A DNA stretch of 63,946 bases, counting the filler, from Vicugna vicugna (lineage: Eukaryota), in NCBI GenBank assembly GCA_013265495.1. It is 74 parts of 73 records of this genome, joined end to end, with 100 filler letters (N's around TTAATTAATTAA, not from the genome) between each part and the next. Parts side by side here need not be neighbours in the genome. Positions count along the whole stretch, not along the records: positions 11,325 to 12,079 come from MU058305.1; positions 12,180 to 12,954 come from PNXW01004041.1; positions 13,055 to 14,051 come from MU058307.1; positions 14,152 to 14,717 come from PNXW01004046.1; positions 14,818 to 16,006 come from MU058308.1; positions 16,107 to 16,525 come from MU058309.1; positions 16,626 to 17,363 come from PNXW01004051.1; positions 17,464 to 18,899 come from MU058310.1; 66 more parts are not named here. One strand, written 5' to 3'. The notes beneath the pieces are model-generated. The model had not been told where the DNA came from and searched no databases. It saw only the letters and a list, made by a program, of their open reading frames with translations. Positions 11,371 through 23,608 of this stretch are shown in pieces. The position numbers were made by a program, and so were the translations under genes. Position 1 is the first letter of the stretch. Each line of letters starts with the position of its first letter.

Positions 11371-11460
11371 GAGGGGATGGTATACTTCAAGGGGTAGAGT
11401 ATGTGCTGGATCCAATTTGCGGTACCTCAATGTAAAAAAAAAATAAGAAAAAGTCTTTAA
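11371..11460 (+). mobile_element. Degenerate tRNA-derived SINE with A-rich tail, resembling the camelid SINE
   Basis: GAGGGGATGGTATACTTCAAGGGGTAGAGTATGTGCT...TCCAAT..GGTACCTC + A-tail resembles GGGGAGGGTATAGCTCAAGTGGTAGAG...TTCAATCCCCAGTACCTC with an internal deletion. Confidence 0.55.
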
Positions 11461-12179
11461 AAAAAGAAAAATAACAAAGAAGAAAAGAGATCACAAACAA
11501 CCCCAGTTTAAAAAGAAAAAAAAGTCTTTTAAAAATAGTAGTCAGCAAGGTCTTTTGCTAGATTAGGAGTTTGGNNNNNNNNNNNNNNNNNNNNNNNNNN
11601 NCCTTAATAAATCAACCTGAATCCTTTTTCTTTTTTCCCCTAAGCAACCCGTGGAAGCCTCTGAAATTCTCAACTTATAAAAGAATTCATTTAAAGGTGG
11701 TTTGAAAGTTACTGGTTAAAATAAAACAGNNNNNNNNNNNNNNNNNNNNNNNNNNNNNNNNNNNNNNNNNNNNNNNNNNNNNNNNNNNNNNNNNNNNNNN
11801 NNNNNNNNNNNNNNNNNNNNNNNNNNNNNNNNNNNNNNNNNNNNNNNNNNNNNNNNNNNNNNNNNNNNNNNNNNNNNNNNNNNNNNNNNNNNNNNNNNNN
11901 NNNNNNNNNNNNNNNNNNNNNNNNNNNNNNNNNNNNNNNNNNNNNNNNNNNNNAAGAAAAGCCGGCTGGAAGAAGTGTAAGTACGAGACTTGGAGTTAGA
12001 AACACAGCTGTCCTGGTGGGGACCATCGGGGTGGTGAAGATGGGCTGGAGCAGAACGGTGAGAGCTGAGGCTGGGCTGCNNNNNNNNNNNNNNNNNNNNN
12101 NNNNNNNNNNNNNNNNNNNNNNNTTAATTAATTAANNNNNNNNNNNNNNNNNNNNNNNNNNNNNNNNNNNNNNNNNNNN

Positions 12180-12954
12180 TAATGCCATACCCTTTCAAGC
12201 ACACTAGAAGCCCTATGATCAAGGTGGGGGGAAAAGGCAAAAATGTAGAGAAATTGAAACTTTTAAACATTACTTGAAAAACTGGAAAATGATACGGCCC
12301 ATGTTTCCAGTTTGTCGTTTCCTCAAAAAGATAAAAACATAGTTACCTTATGATTCAACAACTCCACTCCTAGATATAGACCCTGAAACATTAAAAATAG
12401 GTGTTCAAACAAAAAAAAGGTACACAAACATTCATAGCAGCACTACTCACAAAGGCCCCAAAGGTAGAACAATTGAAATGTCCATCAAAGGCTAAATAGA
12501 TAAACAAATAGGGTGTATCCATAAACTGCCCTATTATTCTGCCATATAAAGGACTAAAATGGTGCAGCCATGGTGGAGAACCACACAGGAGTTCCTCAAA
12601 AACTTACACATGGGATTGATGTGTGATCCATCAATTCCACTTCAGGATATATGTTCAAAATATTTGAAAGCAGGAACTGGAATAGAAATGGGTACACCCA
12701 TATCCATAGCAGCACTAATCACAACAGCAAAAGTGGAAATAACTCACCTCTCCATCAACAGATGAATGGATAAACTAAATGTAGTGTATACACAATGGGA
12801 TACTACACAGCCTTAAAAACTAAGGAAATTATGACGTGCACTGCAACGTGGATAAATCTTGAAGTTAATATGTTAAGTGAAATAAGTCAGACACAGAAGG
12901 ACAAATATCACATGGGTCCCCTTATACAAGGCATCCAGAGAAGTCAGATGCAGA
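12180..12954 (+). mobile_element. Two juxtaposed old L1 ORF2-end/3'UTR fragments (junction near 12558)
   Basis: The L1 tail series (CCTCAAAA..TTA..CAT; TCCACT.C.AG.TATA; TTCATAGCAGCACTA; TCCATCAA.AG.T.AATGGATAAAC; GCC.TAAAA) occurs twice in succession. Confidence 0.88.
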
Positions 12955-14817
12955 NNNNNNNNNNNNNNNNNNNNNNNNNNNNNNNNNNNNNNNNNNNNTT
13001 AATTAATTAANNNNNNNNNNNNNNNNNNNNNNNNNNNNNNNNNNNNNNNNNNNNGTCTGAGTTCTGTCTGCACGAGACCTGCAAGGCAGGTGCTGGAACA
13101 GGACCTGGGAACCAAGGGCTCTGTGTGTGTCTTCTCTGAGTTCCTGGGCACACCTGGCATCCAGCCTTCCGAGCTTCCAGTCCCTGAGTGTCTGCTCCCC
13201 TCTCCTTTCCTCACTCCTGGGGGACTCACGTGCACACTTATCCCTTCCCTATTGGTGCCTTTAGAGATGTACACCTTCACCCTAGTTTTAAGAAAATCTG
13301 TGTCTTGCTAATTAGCATTGTGTTTCATTTTATCTCTTCACAACCGAATCAGAATACCCAGCGCCTGTGCAGTTCAGCTCAAGTTCAAGTGTGTGGTCCC
13401 TGCTTTCAGACTGCCTGGATTTCAAACCTCTACGAGTGGGATCTGAGAAAGCAAATAGCTGGGTTATCCCAGGATCAAGGTTAAGTGAGGTGAAGCAAGA
13501 GGAAGTCAAGGGCTCCAGGGTTGCCGGGTACCAGTTAGAGCAAGAAACGGTGCAAGAGGGGCTGGTCCTCCTTACCCGTTGCGCCTCGATTCCCGATAAT
13601 CCGCCGGTTTTCCTGTCATTTCTGAAACGTTCTCCGAGACCGCTGGTAACCTGTTTACCACACAGAGACTTTTCCCTCCTCTCTTCCCATTTTCCTAGAC
13701 CTTGTAGCAGTATTCAGTACCACTGAGGAGGAAACCAGAAGTCAGGGGCTATCTGTCTTCCGGCTGAGGGAACGTGGAACTCGGCGTTGTCCTGTGTGAC
13801 GAGGGGTGGGGCCCGGCGGTGCTGTTGCAGGGCCGCCTCCCTCCCTGTGCAGCTTAGTCAGATGTGCCCCCCCCCGGTGACCGGCCCTGAGGTTTGGGTG
13901 AGGCGTTTGGCCTCTGAGACTCAGTTCCGTCGCCTGTAGGACGCAGGTAGTGGGACCGGTGTTGTCCGCATCACAGGTTCACTTTGGAAGGAGGTCGTGA
14001 GATGCATGTGTTAGTGGTCACGGTTGCAGCTGCCCCGGAGAAGACGCTAAGNNNNNNNNNNNNNNNNNNNNNNNNNNNNNNNNNNNNNNNNNNNNTTAAT
14101 TAATTAANNNNNNNNNNNNNNNNNNNNNNNNNNNNNNNNNNNNNNNNNNNNTGCTCAGAGGCTCTTCCTCCCCTGCAGGAGGACGTTCACACTCTCCGCA
14201 GGGACACCCCCTCAGGGAGCCCTCTTCTCGCCCTCAGCACGGCAGGTGTCCCAGGCCACATCCCGAGCTGCCCCATTAGGACTGCGGGTGCCCAGGTCTG
14301 CTAATCAGACCAGCAGCATCAGAGCCAGGGAGTATGCCCGGGCCACCCTGTAAACCTACTGCCCTCCTCACAGCCCCCAGCCAACAGGTCACCTGGAAGT
14401 CACAGCAAATACCCCACCCAATCCACAAGCCTCTTCATTTGCCAGCACCGGTGATGACTGGTCTCCAAACTTTGGTCAGTTTCACACAAAACAGCATCTT
14501 CAACTGTGAAGCAGGGGGTTTTCACTTCTGCTCCCCATCCTTACTGGAAACGTCAAGGGAAAAGAAGAGGCCTTTTCTCAAATCGAGAGCTTTGGGTCCA
14601 CGTGATTTTGTTTCTCTTACGCTAAGTGGCTGAAAACACTGCGGGATTCTTTCTCTTTTGAGGATATTTTTCCTCAGTATATCGGCTTTAACCTGTTTTT
14701 GTCTCTGTCTTCAGTATNNNNNNNNNNNNNNNNNNNNNNNNNNNNNNNNNNNNNNNNNNNNTTAATTAATTAANNNNNNNNNNNNNNNNNNNNNNNNNNN
14801 NNNNNNNNNNNNNNNNN

Positions 14818-16006
14818 CTCTCTTCAGTCACAGGTTTTCCCTGTTCGGAGAAGTCCGGGAAAAATCTTCCCTGAGTTTGGGGAGGCATCCTTGGTCACTG
14901 GGATATCCTGCAATCACCCCTAGCATTCCCTGGCAGAGAGACATTAGGAAAACCCTCAGGGGAGACGAGCTTAGGCATTCCGTTAGAACCCACGCGCTGC
15001 CGACCGTTGGTGGAACCTCCCCACGCTCAGGATTCAGGAAATATTGTCAGTGCGTGGGGGAGCTCGAGAGATAACTCCACGCAGCTCTCTTCAGTCACAG
15101 GTGTTCCCTGTTCGTGGAAGTCCGGGAAATACTTTCCCTGACCTTGGGGAGGCAGCCTCGGCCACTTGGAGAACCTGCAATCACCCCTAGCATTCCCTGG
15201 CAAAGAGACATTAGGAAAACCCTCAGTGGAGACGAGCTTAGGCATTCCGTTAGAACCCACGCGCTGCCAACCGTCGGTGAAACCTCCCCACCTTCAGAAT
15301 TCCGGTAACATTATCAGTGCGTGGGGGAGCTCGAGAGACAACTCCACAAAGCTCTCTTCAGTCACAGGTGTTCCCTGTTCGGGGAAGTCCGCGAAATAAC
15401 TTCCCTGAACTTGGGGCGTCAGGCTCGGTCACTGGGATATCCTGCAATCAACCCTAGCATTCCCTGGCACAGAGACATTAGGAAAACCCTCAGGGGAGAC
15501 GAGCATAGGCATTCCATTAGAACCCACGCGCTGCCGACCGTCNNNNNNNNNNNNNNNNNNNNNNNNNNNNNNNNNNNNNNNNNNNNNNNNNNNNNNNNNN
15601 NNNNNNNNNNNNNNNNNNNNNNNNNNNNNNNNNNNNNNNNNNNNNNNNNNNNNNNNNNNNNNNNNNNNNNNNNNNNNNNNNNNNNNNNNNNNNNNNNNNN
15701 NNNNNNNNNNNNNNNNNNNNNNNNNNNNNNNNNNNNNNNNNNNNNNNNNNNNNNNNNNNNNNNNNNNNNNNNNNNNNNNNNNNNNNNNNNNNNNNNNNNN
15801 NNNNNNNNNNNNNNNNNNNNNNNNNNNNNNNNNNNNNNNNNNNGTGGGGGAGCTCGAGAGATAACTTCACGCAGCTCTCTTCAGTCACAGGTGTTCCCTG
15901 TTCGTGGAAGTCCGGGAAATAATTTCCCTGACCTTGGGGAGGCAGCCTCGGCCACTTGGAGAACCTGAAATCACCCCTAGCATTCCCTGGCAAAGAGACA
16001 TTAGGA
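14818..16006 (+). repeat. Satellite A array; period 267 bp
   Basis: CTCTCTTCAGTCACAGG at 14818, 15085, 15352. Confidence 0.97.
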
Positions 16007-16106
16007 NNNNNNNNNNNNNNNNNNNNNNNNNNNNNNNNNNNNNNNNNNNNTTAATTAATTAANNNNNNNNNNNNNNNNNNNNNNNNNNNNNNNNNNNNNN
16101 NNNNNN

Positions 16107-16525
16107 CCAAGTTCTTAATTCTATATACAGAATTCTGTATTCTATATTCTATATTCAGTGTTCTAAATTCTATATTCCAAATTCTATATTCAGAATTCTG
16201 TATTCTATATATTAAATTATGTGTTCAGCATTCCATTTCTAAATTAACGGTTGTATATTCTCTTTTATATATTCTATATTTTGTGTTCTTCATTCTATAT
16301 TACNNNNNNNNNNNNNNNNNNNNNNNNNNNNNNNNNNNNNNNNNNNNNNNNNNNNNNNNNNNNNNNNNNNNNNNNNNNNNNNNNNNNNNNNNNNNNNNNN
16401 NNNNNNNNNNNNNNNNNNNNNNNNNNNNNNNNNNNNNNNNNNNNNNNNNNNNNNNNNTGTTTTCCATATATTCTGTATTGTATATTCTATATTCTGTAGT
16501 CTATATTCTGCATTCCGTATTCTAT
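16107..16525 (-). repeat. Satellite E, reverse orientation
   Basis: ATATTCT/GTATTCT heptamers. Confidence 0.93.
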
Positions 16526-16721
16526 NNNNNNNNNNNNNNNNNNNNNNNNNNNNNNNNNNNNNNNNNNNNTTAATTAATTAANNNNNNNNNNNNNNNNNNN
16601 NNNNNNNNNNNNNNNNNNNNNNNNNCTGTCAGTGTGGAACTACTTTATCATTGTCTTAATTTCACTGTTTGCTCACCAAAATGACGCTCTCATAAGCTTA
16701 TTGAGGTTCAAAGTCAGTTCT

Positions 16722-16840
16722 AAAAAAAAAAAATGAACATACATACAGAACAGAAACAGACTGATAGACATAGAATACAAACTTGTGGCTGCCAAGGGGG
16801 AGAGGTTGGGAAGGGACAGACTAGGAGTTCAAAATTTTAT
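16722..16840 (+). mobile_element. L1 3'UTR fragment
   Basis: ACAGAAACAGACTGATAGACATAGAATACAAACTTGTGG.TGCCAAGGGGG...GGGAAGGGA..GGAGTTCAAAATTT, same family as 42025-42422. Confidence 0.8.
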
Positions 16841-17463
16841 TTCGAATATACATCAGTTAATTAGTTCATTGTTGACAGTAAGATAGATGTTTATTTTTTA
16901 TTAAAAAACAAAATATGTACAGTATGTCTATCTAGTTCACCTAATTTTAAACTTCACAACTACACAGGTACTCTTTCCCTCCCATGCCACCAAGAAGCAA
17001 ACAATATGAAAGTATAGCTAATAGAAAGTGTAATATTAAAATAGTTTTAAAACATAGTCCAAAACTGCTTCTGCACTCCTCCTTCCCCAGTTGGAGAATA
17101 CTGTCAATGATGTAAAGTACAGAAAGGGAACAAATGGGATATGAAATTGACCAGCACAATTTTTAGCAAGTTTCAAAACAAATTTCAGTGGTTTAAGAAA
17201 ACAACAATAACTGCCTAAAAAAATATATTATTTTTAACTGTGCTAAGGTATAAAATTTCATAAATCTAAAATCAGTGTAAATGTAACAATTAGATAGCTG
17301 AAATATAAACTAGAAAACGCAGGCTTCCAATGTACAATAAATATACTAATAATCAGTAACTTTNNNNNNNNNNNNNNNNNNNNNNNNNNNNNNNNNNNNN
17401 NNNNNNNTTAATTAATTAANNNNNNNNNNNNNNNNNNNNNNNNNNNNNNNNNNNNNNNNNNNN

Positions 17464-18899
17464 TTCGGCAATCATGAGTTTCTGACTTGTGAGCATGTGG
17501 ATAACTGAACTTTCATACCCCAAACAAGGCGTATATACACTTAGAAATATTTACTCTGACTTCATAGATTTTTCTATCACCAGGTTCTAAAATCGGACAT
17601 TTGGCACCAGAAAACACTCTTTGAGCGAATTCTCACCAATACACATGTAANNNNNNNNNNNNNNNNNNNNNNNNNNNNNNNNNNNNNNNNNNNNNNNNNN
17701 NNNNNNNNNNNNNNNNNNNNNNNNNNNNNNNNNNNNNNNNNNNNNNNNNNNNNNNNNNNNNNNNNNNNNNNNNNNNNNNNNNNNNNNNNNNNNNNNNNNN
17801 NNNNNNNNNNNNNNNNNNNNNNNNNNNNNNNNNNNNNNNNNNNNNNNNNNNNNNNNNNNNNNNNNNNNNNNNNNNNNNNNNNNNNNNNNNNNNNNNNNNN
17901 NNNNNNNNNNNNNNNNNNNNNNNNNNNNNNNNNNNNNNNNNNNNNNNNNNNNNNNNNNNNNNNNNNNNNNNNNNNNNNNNNNNNNNNNNNNNNNNNNNNN
18001 NNNNNNNNNNNNNNNNNNNNNNNNNNNNNNNNNNNNNNNNNNNNNNNNNNNNNNNNNNNNNNNNNNNNNNNNNNNNNNNNNNNNNNNNNNNNNNNTTCGT
18101 GCTTTTTTCACAGAAAAATAGTTCTGGAGCGATTTCAACCTTAGAGATATGTAATTTACATAAATTCCAACAACATGGCATTCCGGTTTCCGGACATGCT
18201 ACATGTATGACGGATTTGGCAATCATGCGTTTCTGACTTGTGAGCATGTGGATTACTGACCTTTCATCCTCCGAACAAGGCGTATATAGACTTAGAAGTA
18301 TTTACTCTGACTAGTATTTACTCTGACTTCATAGTTTTGTTCTATCACCAGGTTCTTAAATCGGACATTTGGCACCAGAAAACACTCTTTGAGCGAATTC
18401 TCACCAATAGACATGTAATTTACATTGTTTACATAACCGTGGCATTCCGTATTACGAACATGATTCATGCATCACCGATTCCTCAAACTTGAATTTCTGA
18501 GTTGTGAGAATGCGCATGACTGAAGCTCAAAACCCAAACAAGTTACCTATGCACTTTGATATATTTATTTTTACTTCGTATTTTCTGCCTATCACCAGTT
18601 TCAAGAATCACACTTTGATTCCAGAAAAACCCTATGGAGCGAATTCTACCCTAGAGATATGTAATTTGCATAGATTTCATCTAGATGATATTCCGTGTTC
18701 CTTTCATGCTACATTCATTACGGATTTGACAAACATGCAATCCTGATTTGAGAGCATGTGGATTACTAATCTTTCATCCTCTATAAAACGAATATTTTCA
18801 TCTAGACAAGTGTACACATCAATCTTTCCCTAAAACCAGTTTCAAATTCTTGCTTTTTTCACAGAAAAATTGTTCTGGAGCGATTTTCACCTAACAGAT
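17464..18899 (-). repeat. Satellite C array, reverse orientation
   Basis: ATGTAATTT at 18149, 18413, 18659; matches the reverse complement of 20851-21801. Confidence 0.95.
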
Positions 18900-19479
18900 N
18901 NNNNNNNNNNNNNNNNNNNNNNNNNNNNNNNNNNNNNNNNNNNTTAATTAATTAANNNNNNNNNNNNNNNNNNNNNNNNNNNNNNNNNNNNNNNNNNNNA
19001 CATTTTATAGAAAAGGAAATAGAATTTTATACACACACATATACCCAAAGGTACACAAACCAACACACACACACACAAGTATAATAAGTTAGAGATATAG
19101 AGAATAAAGAAGAAAAGAAGAAATAAAAAGAAATTGTCATTTGGTAATGGGTAACTTTTTAAAAAAATTTGTGAAATATATCAATCCGTGTGTTCAGGAG
19201 AACAGTTTGCCTCATCTAGATAGAAATTAGCCTACAAATTGAGTGTATGATATCTTTAAAAAAAAAAAAAACCCTCTAAATCCCCTGTTTATTCATATTC
19301 AGACTGTGTCCTGAAGTCTAAGCTCTCTGAACTTCATCAACAAGTTTACTGCTAATTCCAGCCTGAAGCCATTGGCAGTGAACTTCTGGCTAGATTTGGC
19401 CAATAGAGGGACTTGTACTAGAGTAGATAAAAAGAATTAAATTCTGCATAGGGTGTTAACTATTCAGTTCTCTTTTTGT

Positions 19480-19785
19480 AAAGGTGTCTCAGGCTGGAAG
19501 ACTAGACTCCCCAATCAAAAAACACAGAGTGAATAAGTGCATAAACAAAGAAACTAGGCCCAATTTTATTTTCTCTACAACAGAATTACTTCAGCCTTAT
19601 GGACAAATAAAGGCTAAAAATCAAGGCATTGTAAGATATTCTATGAAAATGGAAATTAAAAGAGACAAACAATGCCATGTGATGAAAAAGGGATCCATTC
19701 ATCAACAGGCTATAACAATTTAAAATATATTACAACCCAGTATCAGAGACCCTGAAGATATAAAGCGAATATTAACTAATATAAA
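19480..19785 (+). mobile_element. Degenerate L1 ORF2 endonuclease-region fragment
   Basis: GACTAGACTCCCCAATCAAAAAACACAGAGTG..., AAAAAGGGATCCATTCATCAA..TATAACAATTT.AAATATAT..ACCCA follow the L1 EN pattern GLNSPIKRHR...KGSIHQEDITI.NIYAP. Confidence 0.75.
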
Positions 19786-19892
19786 GGGGGGGNNNNNNNN
19801 NNNNNNNNNNNNNNNNNNNNNNNNNNNNNNNNNNNNTTAATTAATTAANNNNNNNNNNNNNNNNNNNNNNNNNNNNNNNNNNNNNNNNNNNN

Positions 19893-20750
19893 CACAGAAT
19901 TTAGAATATAGAATACAGAATACTGAATATAGAATATCGAATACAGAATGCAGAGCACAGAATATAGAATATAGAATACGAAATGTAGAATATAGAATAC
20001 AGAATATAGAATATAGAACACAGAATATAGTATATGGAAAACAGAATACACAACACAGAATTTAGAACATGGAATGCAGAACACAGAAGATAGAATATCG
20101 TATACAGAATACTGAATATAGAATTTAGAATATAGAATGTAGAACACAGAATATAGAATATAGAATAAAGAATATTGAACCCAGAATTTTTAACATGGAA
20201 TGCAGAACACGGAATTTAGAATATGGAAAACAGAATACTGAATTTAGAATTTAGAATATAGAATGTTGAACACAGTATAAAGAATATAGAATACTGAATG
20301 CAGAATATAGAATTTAGAATATACAATGTAGAACACAGAATATACAATATGGAAAAGAGAATATAAAACCCAGAATTTACACATTTAGTGCAAAACACAG
20401 AATTTAGTATATACTATACAGAATACTTAATAAACAAATGAAAAAATTGAATGTAGAAAATAGAATATAGAATATAGAATACATAATACTGAATATATAA
20501 TTTAGAATATACAAAGTAATAAACAGAACAAAATATATATCTTAAAGAATATTTAAGCCAGAATTTGGAACATGGATAACAGAATTCAGAATTTCGAGTA
20601 AAGAATATAGAAAACTGAATATACAATTTAGAATATAGAATGTATAACACAGAATTTAGAATATAGAATAAATAATACTGAATATAAAATTTAGAATATA
20701 GAATGTAGAACACAGAATATAGAATGTAAAATTAAGAATTTCGAATCCAG
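19893..20750 (+). repeat. Satellite E
   Basis: Continuous AGAATAT-type heptamers. Confidence 0.95.
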
Positions 20751-20850
20751 NNNNNNNNNNNNNNNNNNNNNNNNNNNNNNNNNNNNNNNNNNNNTTAATT
20801 AATTAANNNNNNNNNNNNNNNNNNNNNNNNNNNNNNNNNNNNNNNNNNNN

Positions 20851-21801
20851 TGGTTATGTAAACAATGTAAGTTACATGTATATTGGTGAGAATTCAATCA
20901 AAGAGTGTATTCTGGTGCCAAATGTCCGATTTTAGAACCTGGTGATAGGAAAAACATATGAAGTCAGAGTAAATATATCTAAGTCTTTATACGCCTTGTT
21001 CGGAAGATGAAAGGTCAGTAATCCACATGCTCACAAGTCAGAAACGCATGATTGTCGAATCCATCATGCATGGAGCATGTACAGAACCCGGAATGCCATG
21101 TTGATGGAATTCATGTAAATTACATACCTATTAGGTGGAAATCGCTCCAGAACAATTTTTCTGTGAAAAATGCACGAATTAGAAACTGGTGTTAGGGAAA
21201 CTTGTGAAAATGTGTACACGTGTCTATATGAAAATATTCCTTTTATAGAGGATGAAAGATTGGTAATCCAGAAGACCACAACTCAGAAATTTATGTTTGG
21301 CGAATCCGTCATATATGTAGCATGCACGAAACACGGAATATCTTGTAGATGGAATCAATTCAAATTACATATCTCTAGGGTAGAATTCGCTCTAAGAGGT
21401 TTTTTGTGATTTGTGGGATCAAAGTGTGATTCTTGAAACTGGTGATAGGAAGATGCTACCAAGTCATAGTAAATATTTCAGAGTGCATAGGTAACATGTT
21501 TGGTGGTTGAAACATCAGTCATGCGGATGTTCACTACTGAGAAATTCATGTTTGAGGAATTCGTGATGCATGAAACATGTTCGTTATATGGAATTCCATG
21601 TTTATGTAAACAATGTAAATTACATGTGTATTTGTGAGAATTCGCTCAAAGAGTGTTTTCTGGTGTCAAATGTCCGATTTAAGAACCTGGTGATAGAAAA
21701 AACCTATGAAGTCATAGTAAATGTTTCTAAGTGTATATGTGCCTTGTATGGTGGACGAAAGTTCAATAATCCACATGCTCACAACTCAGAGACTCATGTT
21801 T
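20851..21801 (+). repeat. Satellite C; 748-bp HOR of three subunits
   Basis: TATGTAAACAATGTAA at 20855 and 21603; homologous ACAT anchors at 20874, 21122, 21367, 21622 (248/245/255 bp). Confidence 0.95.
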
Positions 21802-21989
21802 NNNNNNNNNNNNNNNNNNNNNNNNNNNNNNNNNNNNNNNNNNNNTTAATTAATTAANNNNNNNNNNNNNNNNNNNNNNNNNNNNNNNNNNNNNNNNNNN
21901 NGTAGAGAATGAATGACTCTTACCATGACTGCTGGGAAGACTTTTGCCTGTGGCCTACAGTAATCACACACCCGTCACACAATCTCAGA

Positions 21990-22260
21990 GGTCCTACTGT
22001 GTGTTGGGTGGGTTCCAGATACCGGGCACAGCAGGTAGTGAAGCAGTCAGGTCTCCATCCTCATGCAGCAGACAGCCTGGTGGGGGACACAGAGAAAATT
22101 AAGTAAAATATACACAACGTCCGGAGGTGATATGTTCCATGGAGAAAAATAAGGTCAGGGAGGACATTTGAGCAGATTCCTGGAGATGTTTAAGAAGCAG
22201 GCGGAGAGAGATCCTGGCTGAAAGAGCAGCCATCGCAAAGGCCCTAAGGGCAAAGTGGGA
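21990..22260 (-). mobile_element. L2 fragment
   Basis: CCTACTGTGTG...CCTCATGCAGC.GACAG.CTGGTGGGGG...GACATTTGAGCAGA...GCAAAGGCCCTAAGG is the usual antisense L2 3' pattern. Confidence 0.7.
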
Positions 22261-22438
22261 TGTATGTGGAAAGGTCTTAGTTATCCGTGTGAGTACTTAG
22301 TCCTGCCTTGAGTATGTATGTTGCTTTTATTTGTAAACNNNNNNNNNNNNNNNNNNNNNNNNNNNNNNNNNNNNNNNNNNNNTTAATTAATTAANNNNNN
22401 NNNNNNNNNNNNNNNNNNNNNNNNNNNNNNNNNNNNNN

Positions 22439-22665
22439 CCTTTCATCCTCCGAACAAGGCGAATATATACTTAGACATATTTATTCTGACTTCATAGTGT
22501 TTCCTATCACCAGGTTCTAAAATCGTACATTTGGCTCCAGAAAACACTCTTTGAGCGAATTCTCACCAATACACATGTAATTTACATTGTTTACATAACC
22601 ATGGCATTCCGTATTACGAACATTTCCATGCATCATGGATTCCTCAAACATGAATTTCTGAGTTG
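22439..22665 (-). repeat. Satellite C fragment
   Basis: Near-identical to 18259-18505. Confidence 0.93.
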
Positions 22666-22765
22666 NNNNNNNNNNNNNNNNNNNNNNNNNNNNNNNNNNN
22701 NNNNNNNNNTTAATTAATTAANNNNNNNNNNNNNNNNNNNNNNNNNNNNNNNNNNNNNNNNNNNN

Positions 22766-23508
22766 GTTAGAATATGGAATGCAGAATATAGATTGTAGAA
22801 TATAGTATAACGAACACAAAATTTACAATAGAGAATATAGAAGCCAGAATTTAGAACATTAAATACAGAACACAGAATTTAGAATATACAATACAGAATA
22901 CTGAATATAGAATGTAGAATATAGAATGTAGAACACAGAATATAGAATATAGTTTATAGAATATAGAACAATGAATGTAGAACATGGAAAGCAGAACACA
23001 GAATATAGAATATAGAAAATAAAATATTGAACCCTGGTTGTAGAACATTAAATGCAGAACAGAGAACTTAGTATATATAATACAAAATACTGAATATAGA
23101 ATTTAGAATATAGAATGTAGTACACAGAAATTAGAAAATAGATTATGGAATGCAGAATATAGAATTTAGAATATAGAATGAAGAACACAGAATACTGAAT
23201 ATAGAATAGAGAATATAGAACCCAGTGATTAGAACTCGGAATTCAGAACACAGAATTTAGAATAAACAATACAGAATACTGAATATACAATTTAGAATAT
23301 AGAATGTAGAAGACAGAATATAGAATATAGAATACAGAATACTGAATATAGAATTTAGAACATGGAATGCAGAACAGAGAATTAAGATTATAGAATAAAC
23401 AATACTGAATATAGAATTTAGGATATAGAATGTAGAACACAGAATATAGAATATAGAAATACCCAGAATTTAGAACATGAAATGAAGAACACAAAATTTA
23501 GAATATAG
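22766..23508 (+). repeat. Satellite E
   Basis: Heptamer array. Confidence 0.95.
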
Positions 23509-23608
23509 NNNNNNNNNNNNNNNNNNNNNNNNNNNNNNNNNNNNNNNNNNNNTTAATTAATTAANNNNNNNNNNNNNNNNNNNNNNNNNNNNNNNNNNNN
23601 NNNNNNNN

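Noticed and set aside
11371..11430. tRNA gene
   Set aside because: A-box-like start, but the anticodon region is deleted and an A-rich tail follows; it is a SINE remnant.
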